Shown piece by piece: positions 36,858-45,785 of a stretch of 64,000 bases of DNA. Numbering within the stretch: the first letter of the stretch is position 1; each line of letters starts with the position of its first letter. Below the pieces are notes generated by a model. The model was given only the letters and a program-made list of their open reading frames with translations, made no database searches and had not been told where the DNA came from. The translations under genes were made by a program, and so were the position numbers. Source of the stretch: Cryomorphaceae bacterium (GTDB lineage: Bacteria; Bacteroidota; Bacteroidia; Flavobacteriales_D; SKUL01); contig REDV01000070.1 of assembly GCA_007695365.1 (NCBI GenBank), forward strand, positions 13,546 to 77,545, given 5' to 3'.

Positions 36858-37915
36858 AGAAAGCCATTTTGTTTACAGGTTTGACACTCGCCACCCTGTT
36901 GTTCAGTTGTAAAAAGGAAGATAATCAGCCCATAACACCTCCTCCCGGTGGTGGAAACATCTCTGATCACCGTGTGCTTGTGTGCAATGAAGGTCCGTTT
37001 ATGACCGGCTCAGGCACCCTTTCGTTGGTGAATATCACCACAGGAGAAAGTCAGCATTCAATTTTCGAGGACATGAATGGTTTTCCGCTTGGTAATATTG
37101 TTCAAAGTGCCTATCGAGATAATGGTAGACTATATGTGGTGGTTAACAATGCAGGAAAAATTGAAGTGGCGGATTCCCAGAATTTCACCTCCGTAACAAG
37201 CATCGAAAATCTCGGGCAACCACGATTCATGGTGAGTCATGACGGTACTGGCTATGTGAGCGATTGGGCTTCTGGGGGAGTACACATGGTGAATTTGGAA
37301 AGTCACACTATTACGGGCACCATTGAAACAGGTTCAGGGCCGGAGCGAATGCTGGTGCAAAACGATGAGGTATGGGTGACCAACAGCGGTGGCTTTTCAA
37401 CTGCTCAAACCGTTTCAGTGATTGATGCCAATGCTCAAACCTTGTCTGCAACTATTTCTGTGGGTGACAACCCAAATTCTATTGCTGCAGATGCCGACGG
37501 CCACGTTCGTGTTTTGTGCAGAGGAGTTGGGTCATGGCCCGATCCGGAAGCAGAAACAGCGGGCTCCATTTGGGTGCTGAATTCTTCTACACACGAGGTA
37601 GTTTCTACGTTAACATTCCCTTCGCCTACAGACCACCCTTCAAGCCTCACCGCGAACCCTGATGGAACGGTGTTTTATTACCTCCTGGGCGGCAATGTTT
37701 TCAGACTGGGTATTGATGACTCAGATTTGCCGGCAGAACCATGGATTACAGGAAATTTTTATTCATTGGGCTATCACAACGAGGCAGACGTGCTACTCGT
37801 AGGCGATGCTGTTGACTTTCAGCAGGACGGCATTGTAAGAATGTATTCTTCTCAGGGTGTCGAAACCGGTGCTTATGCCGTAGGCGTGATTCCAACATTC
37901 ATGATGGCTTGGTAA
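36854..37915 (+). CDS. surface lipoprotein, YncE/DUF5074-like beta-propeller (BtuG-like by context)
   Basis: True start is ATG 36854 (ATGA overlap with the receptor stop). Lipobox LLFSC. Repeated propeller blades (VLVCNEG..., LYVVVNNAGKIEV, GYVSDW..., VWVTNSGG). Confidence 0.65.
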   Translation: MKKAILFTGLTLATLLFSCKKEDNQPITPPPGGGNISDHRVLVCNEGPFMTGSGTLSLVNITTGESQHSIFEDMNGFPLGNIVQSAYRDNGRLYVVVNNAGKIEVADSQNFTSVTSIENLGQPRFMVSHDGTGYVSDWASGGVHMVNLESHTITGTIETGSGPERMLVQNDEVWVTNSGGFSTAQTVSVIDANAQTLSATISVGDNPNSIAADADGHVRVLCRGVGSWPDPEAETAGSIWVLNSSTHEVVSTLTFPSPTDHPSSLTANPDGTVFYYLLGGNVFRLGIDDSDLPAEPWITGNFYSLGYHNEADVLLVGDAVDFQQDGIVRMYSSQGVETGAYAVGVIPTFMMAW

Positions 37916-37938
37916 GTTGTGGTGGTGATGGTGTAGCA

Positions 37939-39069
37939 TCAACGCTCCATCATCGCAGCGGCTTCTTTACCCACGATGGTTCCAATAGCTACGCCCATGC
38001 CACCCAATCGAACTGCCACTCCCAGGCGGTTGGTGATTTTTTCTACAATCGGCTCTTTGGTGGCCCCGGTGCCCATAAGCCCGGTCCAGCGCATATCTAT
38101 GTGCGTGTCACAATCAGGTAGTATGTGTTGATTGAGAAAAAGTTGCAGGTGATTCTGGATGAAGGAAGATGTGTCCGTATCTGTGGTGAATTCCTCGTTT
38201 ATAGCCAGATTTCGTGCCCCTCCCAGCAACACCCTTCCATCTACATCCCGAAAGTAATAGTAGCCCCTATCCATGTGAAAGGCGCCTTTTAACCTTAAAC
38301 CTTCCACCGGCTCCGTAATCAGTACCTGGGCACGGGTAGGACGTACATCAAGCCCTGGGATCAGGTTTCCGGTAAAACCATTGGTGGCCAATAGCAACTG
38401 CTCGCATTTGATTTCTTGTCCTGAGCTTAGAAATACCTGGATGCCCGCAGGAAGCTCTTCCCAATTGCTCACTTCTGCTCCGCACACAACATAGACTCCC
38501 TTTTGCCGGGCTGTGCGGATAAGGGCTTGCAGCATCTTTGCCGCGTTCAGCTGACCCTCAAAACGATTGGAAATCATGTGATCAAATCCCTTGAGCCCAA
38601 AATATTCCAAGCGGCGGTCATCCGAGCTGAACACTATTTCTCCAAATACAGGTTTCAAAATGTGGTTAATGTAATCCATGTGTTCAACACACGCTGCATG
38701 GAGATTGCAGAGGTCAGGGGTAAATACTTCAAAGCCACCACTCGCTTCGTAAGCGATGTTTTCCTTACCGGCCAACTTCAGAAGGTAGCTTATTCCTTCC
38801 CATCGTTTTTTAATGAGCGCAACAACTTGCTGCTCGTCTGAGTGTTCCAGGTCATCAATGATTTCCGACAGGCTACCAAAGCACGCAAATCCGGCATTCT
38901 TGCTACTGGCTCCAGCCGGGGTGAGGCCCTTTTCAAGCAGTACAACGCTTCGTGATGGATTTGCCATTTTGGCATGAATGGCAGCTGATAAACCAACTAT
39001 TCCACCACCCACAACAACAAGTTGTGCACAATCCGGAAACAGGGCTTTATCCCAATAGCTGTGATTCAT
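37939..39069 (-). CDS. FAD-dependent oxidoreductase (DAO / glycine-sarcosine oxidase-like)
   Basis: VVVGGGIVGLSAAIH dinucleotide fold. Start moved to ATG 39069 because a -7 box lies at 39084-39091, inside the longer ORF. Confidence 0.8.
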   Translation of the reverse strand: MNHSYWDKALFPDCAQLVVVGGGIVGLSAAIHAKMANPSRSVVLLEKGLTPAGASSKNAGFACFGSLSEIIDDLEHSDEQQVVALIKKRWEGISYLLKLAGKENIAYEASGGFEVFTPDLCNLHAACVEHMDYINHILKPVFGEIVFSSDDRRLEYFGLKGFDHMISNRFEGQLNAAKMLQALIRTARQKGVYVVCGAEVSNWEELPAGIQVFLSSGQEIKCEQLLLATNGFTGNLIPGLDVRPTRAQVLITEPVEGLRLKGAFHMDRGYYYFRDVDGRVLLGGARNLAINEEFTTDTDTSSFIQNHLQLFLNQHILPDCDTHIDMRWTGLMGTGATKEPIVEKITNRLGVAVRLGGMGVAIGTIVGKEAAAMMER

Positions 39070-39083
39070 AGACGATTTTAACA

Positions 39084-39091
39084 CAAAAATA
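39084..39091 (-). promoter_or_regulatory. -7 promoter box (CAAAAATA = rc TATTTTTG)
   Basis: Perfect motif 15 nt upstream of ATG 39069. Confidence 0.45.
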
Positions 39092-39175
39092 GTAACATGC
39101 CGGTGTGAAAACCGTTTTAAGTCATAAGAAGCTGACCGATATTTTTTCACGATATTTGTTCAGCGCACTATCAGA

Positions 39176-42100
39176 ATGCAAGGAAAACATTTCTTTACAG
39201 GCCTTTTTACTGTTGTCCTGATTTTTTTGGGTAACGCCTTTCCCGCTTTCGGGCAGGGAGAGTTATACATTTTTGGAGTGGTGAAAGACTATGCCAACTC
39301 CAAGAAACTCGAAAACGTAACCATCACTGCATATCACAATGGTGTCAAGGTTGACGAATACGTTACCCGAAACAATGGGAAATACGAATTTTTTCTCGAC
39401 CTCGGAAAAGAGTACGACATCAAGTTTGGCCGCTCTGGTTTTGTTGGTAAAAGCGTGTACATGGACTCCCGCAACATTCCTGAAGAGGACGTCGGTGCGG
39501 GTTTTTCCTTGAACATAGAAATGAGCCTCTTTGAGGAGCAGGAAGGTCTGGATGTATCCATACTCGATAATCCAATTGGAAAGGCGAAGTACAACCCTAA
39601 CACTGGTGCACTTGAGTTCGATTTTGCCTATACCCAAAAAATCAAGGATGAGATTAATCGCCTGATGCGGGAATGGGAGCGAGGAAATAAAGACAAACAA
39701 CAGGCAGATAAAGATAAAGAAAAAGAGCTACAGGCTCTGGAGAAAGAGTTTGATAAACTGGTTGATCAGGCTGATAAGGCCTTTCTCAATGAGAAATATG
39801 CCGAATCGGTTGCCGACTATAAGGAGGCCCTTAAGCTCAAGGAAGGCAATCCAATGGTCCTCATGAAGCTCAAAAGTGCTGAAGAGAAGCTTGCTGAGCA
39901 AAATGCGGCCAACGCGGAGATGGAGAAGTACGAAGCCGCACTAAAATCCGGCGACGATGCCATGCGGAATGAAAACTATGACCTCGCAATCAAAAAATAC
40001 GAAGAGGCATTGGCCATCCGAAAAGATGAAAAATACCCCAAAGACCAAATAGCCGATGCCAAAGCCCGCCTTGAAGCCAAAAAGAAGGAAGAGGAGGAAA
40101 GAGCCCGCTTTGAGGAACTGGTAAGAAAGGGAGATAATCTTTTAAAGGCACAGGATTATCCCGATGCCATTGCCAATTACGAGGAGGCGCTTACCATCAA
40201 ACCCAAGGATGGAGATGTTGCTAAAAAACTGGCAGACGCCAAAAAGGCCTTCGAAGAATATGAAAAGCAGAAAGCGAAGGACGAAGAGTACAATAACCTT
40301 GTGACCAAGGCGGATGCCTCATTTAAGTCTGAAGCCTACGAGCAGGCCATAAAGGACTACGAAGCCGCTCTGAAGGTAAAATCCAACGAAAAGCATCCTG
40401 CAGAAAGAATTGAACTAGCAAGAAAAAAGCTGGACGAAATCGCGAAGCGGGAAGAAGAAGAGCGTTTGGAAGCTGAAAGGCAGGCTCAGTTTGAGGAGTG
40501 GGTATCAAAAGGAGACGCTGCAGTTGGAAAGAAAGATTATGATCAGGCAATCGGCCACTACGATGAGGCGCTCAAAATTTACGCAGATAATCAGGGGGTA
40601 AAAAAGAAGCGCGAGGATGCCATTGCGGCGAAAGACACGCTTGAAAAAGAGCGCGAGCTCGACAAAGAATACGCTGCTGCCTTAAAAGAAGGTGACGATG
40701 CCTTCAAGGCTGAGCAATACCAACAGGCCCGAACTGCTTTTGAGCGTGCCGCAAAGCTTAAATCAGATTTACCTTATCCGTCGCAACGAATCAAGGAAAT
40801 AGACGATCTGTTGGCAGAAATGGCGCGTATCGAGGAAGAAAAACGCAAAGAAGAAGAGGCCCGTAAAGCAGAGGAGAAAAGACTAGCAGAAGAACTTGCA
40901 CGTTTCAATGCCCTTGTTGAAGAGGGTGATGGCTTTTTTAAGAAAAAGGATTACCAGGATGCCATCGAACGCTACGAAGAGGCACTCTCGCTGAAGCCCG
41001 AAAATCAGCATTTGCCGAAGAAAATCAAGGAAGCCGAAAAATTGCTTGCAGAACTTCGTGCCGCAATGGATGCCGAAGAGAACTACAAGCAAGCCATTGC
41101 GGAAGCCGACCAAAAAATGCAGGCCCAAAACTTTGAATCTGCAATCAAAGCGTACGAGCGTGCACTGGAGGTAAACCCCGCAGAGAAATACCCATCGCAG
41201 CAAATTGAGGCAGCCCAAAAAATGATTGAAGACCGCAAGCGAAAAGAAGAACTCGCGGCACAAGAGGCAGCCCAGCAGGCTGAAGCAGCATCCAAAGCTG
41301 CCGAAGAAGCAGCCCAGGCAAAGCTGCGAGAACAATTTAACAAAATCGTGAAGCAGGGCGACGAGCAGATGGCCGAAAAGGAATATAAAAATGCTGGAAT
41401 TCGATACCGCGAAGCCCTGGAACTTATTGCCGATGATGTAGAAGTTCAGAAAAAACTGGCCGATGCTGAACGGCTTTTAGGAGAAATGCAAAGCCAGCGT
41501 GATGCCGACCGCCAATACAATATGTTAATTGCCGAGGCCGACGCCGCGATGAAAGGAGAGAACTACGTCCTTGCTACGCAGAAATACCAGGAAGCGCTGA
41601 AGGTTAAGACGGACGATACGTATTCAAAAGAGCAACTGGCTGAGATAGACCGAAGATTGAAAGATCGGGATGAACGGATTAAGGCGGAGGAGGAAGCAGC
41701 CGAGCGAGATCGGAGGATAAAGGAAAAAGAAGAAGAGAAAAGGAAAAAGGAAGCTGCTCTGATGGCCGAAAAATCTGCTGAGGAAGAAGAGTACAATACC
41801 TTGATTGAGGTGGCAGATAAAAAATTCGGGCAGAGCGAGTATAAAGTAGCACTGCGCAACTACAAAGAAGCTTCAGCACTCAAGCCGGGAGAGTTTTATC
41901 CCAAATCTAAGATTCAGGAAATTGAGCGCATACTCGAGGAAGAAGAAGAGCGTAAACTGGCTGAAAAGCGCCGGCAGGAAGAAGAAATGGCTGAAGATGA
42001 GTCGCGAAGAAGTAAATCTCGCGGTAAGGGAAATACCGTGGATTCAAGAAACGAAGATGAAGCAGAGCGATTTATGCGCGAGGCTCGATTGCGGGAGGAG

Positions 42101-43114
42101 GCTGAAAAGTACGAGCGAATAAAAAGGATCAAAAGAGAAGAGAAGGAAATGCACTCTACCCTGCGCGATAAAGAAATGGAAGTGGCCTCAAGCAGACTGG
42201 ATGAAGTTGAAACCCTGCTTGCAGAAAACCGGGAGCGCATGAACAGAGCAGAGCAGAGTCGTGAGCGCAAAGCAATACAAGTGAAAGACTATAAAAAAGC
42301 CACCGACCAGGGGTGGATTGATCAGCGAAGCAAGGAGATGGAGCGAATCCATCGCAACCTTCAGCAAATAGACGAAGAGATCAAGCTCATAGAAGACCTT
42401 GTGGCGCGTAATGAAATATCGCATGCGCAACGGGTAGTTGATATTGACCAAAGGTTTACAGATCACCACTATTATCTGCTGGAGAAACGTGAAAAAGAGA
42501 ATGAAAAAAGCCTCAAGTCATACAAAAGGGCACAAGAGATTAGAGAGGAAATTCAGCAATTTCTCGAAGAGAAGGCGACGCGTCAGGAGAATCTCACAGC
42601 GGGTTTGATGGATCAAAAAGAAGAATTCAGCGAGCAAGATACGCGCCGAATTATGGCAGAGCGGGAGAGGATTGAACAAGCCAAGATTCGGGTAAAAGAG
42701 CTGCAGCAAGAACAAGATCGCTTGTCTGGTCGATCTCAGGAGGTTATTACCGAAAACCAAAAAGAAATCACTGAGCGCAGAACGACTATTCAGGATCAAC
42801 AGCGCGAATTGGCAACACGGGCAGATCAGCGTGCCCAGAAGTCGAGAGAGGAACTGAGCAAACTACGTGCAGCCGAACCAAAAGATTACAACGACTACTA
42901 CCTTTCTCAACTTGCACAGGAATATCCGCAGGGTGTCACCGAGGAAAGTGACAATGTGGGAAACAAAGTTATCATTCGCCGAATTGTGGTGATCGGTAAC
43001 AAAGCCGACGAATATCGAAAAGTCATAGACAAAACGGGTAAGTATTATTTTAAGAATGGCGCTAGCATTACTGAATTAACCTGGAACAGAGAAACCAATG
43101 TTCAGTTGGATTAA
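39176..43114 (+). CDS. giant secreted protein: CarboxypepD_reg-like Ig domain + about 13 TPR-like helical hairpin modules + about 400-aa coiled coil + small conserved C-terminal globular domain
   Basis: Signal peptide. FGVVKD....LENVTITAY...NGKYEFFL. Recurrent module GD..(F/M)....Y..AI..YEEAL..KP.......I..A...L with E/K/R linkers. Ends YPQGVTEES...IIRRIVV...YYFKNG..IT...W. Confidence 0.7.
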   Translation: MQGKHFFTGLFTVVLIFLGNAFPAFGQGELYIFGVVKDYANSKKLENVTITAYHNGVKVDEYVTRNNGKYEFFLDLGKEYDIKFGRSGFVGKSVYMDSRNIPEEDVGAGFSLNIEMSLFEEQEGLDVSILDNPIGKAKYNPNTGALEFDFAYTQKIKDEINRLMREWERGNKDKQQADKDKEKELQALEKEFDKLVDQADKAFLNEKYAESVADYKEALKLKEGNPMVLMKLKSAEEKLAEQNAANAEMEKYEAALKSGDDAMRNENYDLAIKKYEEALAIRKDEKYPKDQIADAKARLEAKKKEEEERARFEELVRKGDNLLKAQDYPDAIANYEEALTIKPKDGDVAKKLADAKKAFEEYEKQKAKDEEYNNLVTKADASFKSEAYEQAIKDYEAALKVKSNEKHPAERIELARKKLDEIAKREEEERLEAERQAQFEEWVSKGDAAVGKKDYDQAIGHYDEALKIYADNQGVKKKREDAIAAKDTLEKERELDKEYAAALKEGDDAFKAEQYQQARTAFERAAKLKSDLPYPSQRIKEIDDLLAEMARIEEEKRKEEEARKAEEKRLAEELARFNALVEEGDGFFKKKDYQDAIERYEEALSLKPENQHLPKKIKEAEKLLAELRAAMDAEENYKQAIAEADQKMQAQNFESAIKAYERALEVNPAEKYPSQQIEAAQKMIEDRKRKEELAAQEAAQQAEAASKAAEEAAQAKLREQFNKIVKQGDEQMAEKEYKNAGIRYREALELIADDVEVQKKLADAERLLGEMQSQRDADRQYNMLIAEADAAMKGENYVLATQKYQEALKVKTDDTYSKEQLAEIDRRLKDRDERIKAEEEAAERDRRIKEKEEEKRKKEAALMAEKSAEEEEYNTLIEVADKKFGQSEYKVALRNYKEASALKPGEFYPKSKIQEIERILEEEEERKLAEKRRQEEEMAEDESRRSKSRGKGNTVDSRNEDEAERFMREARLREEAEKYERIKRIKREEKEMHSTLRDKEMEVASSRLDEVETLLAENRERMNRAEQSRERKAIQVKDYKKATDQGWIDQRSKEMERIHRNLQQIDEEIKLIEDLVARNEISHAQRVVDIDQRFTDHHYYLLEKREKENEKSLKSYKRAQEIREEIQQFLEEKATRQENLTAGLMDQKEEFSEQDTRRIMAERERIEQAKIRVKELQQEQDRLSGRSQEVITENQKEITERRTTIQDQQRELATRADQRAQKSREELSKLRAAEPKDYNDYYLSQLAQEYPQGVTEESDNVGNKVIIRRIVVIGNKADEYRKVIDKTGKYYFKNGASITELTWNRETNVQLD

Positions 43115-43216
43115 GTAATTGTGGTTGTATTCTTTGGTTAGTTTTTATTTGGCCTGAAAAACCAATTGTCGTCTTTGGAAATAATGAACACTGTTGGTCG
43201 TTGGCTTTTGAATGAC

Positions 43217-43224
43217 TATATTTG
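43217..43224 (+). promoter_or_regulatory. -7 promoter box TATATTTG overlapping nested dyads
   Basis: Perfect motif 40 nt upstream of ATG 43264. It overlaps TTTGGTC-N6-GACCAAA (43221-43240) and GGTCATGACC (43224-43233). Confidence 0.45.
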
Positions 43225-43263
43225 GTCATGACCGACCAAACTCACTAGTTAACGCAACAAGCG

Positions 43264-45132
43264 ATGCTTTCTAAGTTTTTTTACTCTGCTTTCATATTCT
43301 GTGCAGTTTGCCAATATGCGATTGCGCAAAACGTAGCAATTAATGAAACGGGCGATCTTCCTCATCCGTCTGCAATGTTGGAAATAACATCCAATGACAA
43401 AGGAATTCTTATTCCACGTGTCAATGATCACATGAGTGTTCCCGGACCGGCTCAAGGTTTGCTGGTATATGACACGGCTGACAACAATTTCTGGTATTTC
43501 GATGGTACGGTGTGGCGTCCGTTAATGAGTAGTGGTGATGGTTGGTTACTTGAAGGTAATGACTTAACAGACCCATCGGTGAATTTCTTAGGAACACTGG
43601 ATGAGGCAGCCATGATGTTCAGGGTGAACAATTCCGCTGCAGGTAGATTGGATTATGAGGCTTTAACAGCCGGCAATGTTGTTGGAACAAAAGGCGCAAC
43701 AGCATTGGGTTTTGAGGCTCTTGGCAGCAATACTGCCGGCTATCACAATACTGCCTTCGGTTTTCAAGCAGGTGGTAGTGTCACTGTAAATCACAACAAT
43801 ACTTATTTTGGGTACCAGGCAGGTACTTCTTCAGTAGGCTTTCGCAATACTTTTATTGGCAGTGGTTCCGGGGCTGCTATGGGGTCCGGAGCAAATATGA
43901 CCATCATCGGAGCAGATGCCTTTTCCAATGCACCGGCTGGTCAGGAAAGTGTGTGGATTGGTGCAGAGGCAGGTATGAACACTACAACAGGGGGTGCCCG
44001 CAATATTGTATTGGGCTTCAGGGCTGGAATGAATCAAGCGGGAAATGATAATATTATCTTGGGTCACAGCGCAGGATTGAATTTTACCAACAATCGCAAT
44101 GTGGTGATAGGAACCGATGCAGCTTTAACAAACGAGAACTCTGCCCGAAATGTGATAATTGGCTGGAGCGCAAATTCGGGTGTGAATAGCACCTTTGGCC
44201 CTTCAGATTGTGTGATCATCGGTACGTTGGCTGGCAGAGCGGTTAGATTTAATGGAAATGTTTTTGTTGGTGAGCGAAGTGGGCAATGGGTAGTTACGGG
44301 AGCTGACAATACCTTTATTGGTAAGCGAGCCGGTTCAGGAGTTCAGTCTTCCGGATCTGTCGGCGAGAATTCAGCAGGAAACAGCAACGTTGCCGTTGGC
44401 TCTGAGGCAGGAAGAGATCTCCAGAATGGTGCCATGAGAAATACAATTGTTGGAACCCAAGCCGGTCAGCTAAGTACAAGCGGCGAAAGAAATACTTTTA
44501 TTGGTTGGGAATCAGGACGTAACGTCACTTCCGGCTCCGGAAATGTGTACATTGGATCACAATCAGGGAGCGGATCGATTGCGGGTTACACTGGCGCGGC
44601 AAATAATCGTTTTCTGCTGTCAAATGCAGCCGGCTCAGCAGGTGTGCTCATGTCAGGGCACTTCGACGACAAACGAGTAGGTATCAACACCATTAATCCT
44701 ACCCAAACACTTTCTGTAAATGGCGACGCCGGTAAACCCGGAGGTGGTGAATGGGATACTTTTTCGGATCAACGACTAAAGACAGATGTGAGCTCTTTCG
44801 ACGATGGTTTGCAGGTTGTTCTGCGGCTCCGCCCTGTTGAATTCAGGTACAATGAGCTATCAGGCTACCAGGATTTGAGCACGCCCTATATCGGATTTTT
44901 GGCCCAGGATGTTGAAAGCATAGCTCCCTACATGGTTCGGGTAATGGACGATAGTCAAGGCCCCTCAGGTTTGAGTGATTTGCGTGTGCTGAAAGGAGAT
45001 GCCCTGAGCAAGGTTCTGGTAAATGCCATCCAGGAACAGCAAGAACAAATTTCTTCTCTTGAAGAGAGAATTGAACAACTCGAAAAATTGGTGCTCGAAA
45101 TGAACGGCACTGCCGCCTCTGCCGAAAAGTAG
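43264..45132 (+). CDS. tail-fiber-like surface protein: beta-helical G/N/A-rich repeats + C-terminal intramolecular-chaperone (peptidase S74) domain
   Basis: Signal peptide. About 25 degenerate repeats (N..(I/V)G..AG). C-terminal SDQRLKTDV...LRPVEFRY......IGFLAQDVE...P, then a coiled-coil tail. Confidence 0.75.
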   Translation: MLSKFFYSAFIFCAVCQYAIAQNVAINETGDLPHPSAMLEITSNDKGILIPRVNDHMSVPGPAQGLLVYDTADNNFWYFDGTVWRPLMSSGDGWLLEGNDLTDPSVNFLGTLDEAAMMFRVNNSAAGRLDYEALTAGNVVGTKGATALGFEALGSNTAGYHNTAFGFQAGGSVTVNHNNTYFGYQAGTSSVGFRNTFIGSGSGAAMGSGANMTIIGADAFSNAPAGQESVWIGAEAGMNTTTGGARNIVLGFRAGMNQAGNDNIILGHSAGLNFTNNRNVVIGTDAALTNENSARNVIIGWSANSGVNSTFGPSDCVIIGTLAGRAVRFNGNVFVGERSGQWVVTGADNTFIGKRAGSGVQSSGSVGENSAGNSNVAVGSEAGRDLQNGAMRNTIVGTQAGQLSTSGERNTFIGWESGRNVTSGSGNVYIGSQSGSGSIAGYTGAANNRFLLSNAAGSAGVLMSGHFDDKRVGINTINPTQTLSVNGDAGKPGGGEWDTFSDQRLKTDVSSFDDGLQVVLRLRPVEFRYNELSGYQDLSTPYIGFLAQDVESIAPYMVRVMDDSQGPSGLSDLRVLKGDALSKVLVNAIQEQQEQISSLEERIEQLEKLVLEMNGTAASAEK

Positions 45133-45150
45133 GCTAGGATATTAAGCCAA

Positions 45151-45189
45151 AAAGCAAAGCCGCTCACAATTTGTAAGCGGCTTTGCTTT
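45151..45189. terminator. bidirectional terminator between convergent genes
   Basis: 14-bp perfect stem AAAGCAAAGCCGCT/AGCGGCTTTGCTTT with an 11-nt loop. A-run before it and T-run after it. Confidence 0.75.
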
Positions 45190-45206
45190 TCAGCTTTTAC
45201 GAAGTT

Positions 45207-45683
45207 TTATCCTTTGTTCCATGCAGTGAACATCCAGTGGCGTTGTTCTAAACGCTTCAGATATCCCGTGGCCATATCTTCGGTTGCGCTGTCACCGATT
45301 TCACCGGCCGCTTCAATGGTATCAATTAAGAACGAGAACAGAATCTCAAAGTCTTTCAAAATCTCCGTTACCATATCATCCGACGGAGTCTCCTCAGAAG
45401 CCTCGGCAATTTCCGAGGTATTCAGGTATCCGGCCATCGAGCTGATAGGCTTTTTTCCAAAAACCCGGATTCTTTCAGCTATTTCATCAATCTGCAGTTT
45501 TACCGCATCGTACTCCAGTTCAAACTGGTCGTGCAACTCAAAAAAGTCTTTGCCTTCCACGTTCCAATGAAAGTTTCTCAACTTTTGATAATGTACCTGG
45601 TAGTTAGCCAGTAATTTGTTGAGCGCATCAACAACTTCCTTCGTCTCTTCTTCTGAAAAGCCAAGTTTACTATGTGTACTCAT
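45207..45683 (-). CDS. dps: Dps-family DNA-protecting ferritin-like protein
   Basis: LNKLLANYQVHYQKLRNFHWNVEGKDFFELHDQFE..YD, the typical Dps ferroxidase-site helices. Confidence 0.9.
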   Translation of the reverse strand: MSTHSKLGFSEEETKEVVDALNKLLANYQVHYQKLRNFHWNVEGKDFFELHDQFELEYDAVKLQIDEIAERIRVFGKKPISSMAGYLNTSEIAEASEETPSDDMVTEILKDFEILFSFLIDTIEAAGEIGDSATEDMATGYLKRLEQRHWMFTAWNKG

Positions 45684-45785
45684 AAGTGTTTAATTGTTTT
45701 TGGGTTCACCTCAATGATAATCAATTGGAGCTGAACATTCAGAAAATGACTGTTAAAGATTCAAAACTCCTGTGGACTGGCAGGG

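Noticed and set aside
41083-42270. Several Ser/Leu-rich minus-strand ORFs (86-150 aa)
   Set aside because: They are low-complexity mirror images of GAA/AAG/GCN-rich codons in the giant Lys/Glu-rich gene.
43264-45132. Prophage or tailocin
   Set aside because: Only a single tail-fiber-type gene is present. No integrase, terminase, capsid, sheath or baseplate genes, and no att-like repeats, occur within the window.
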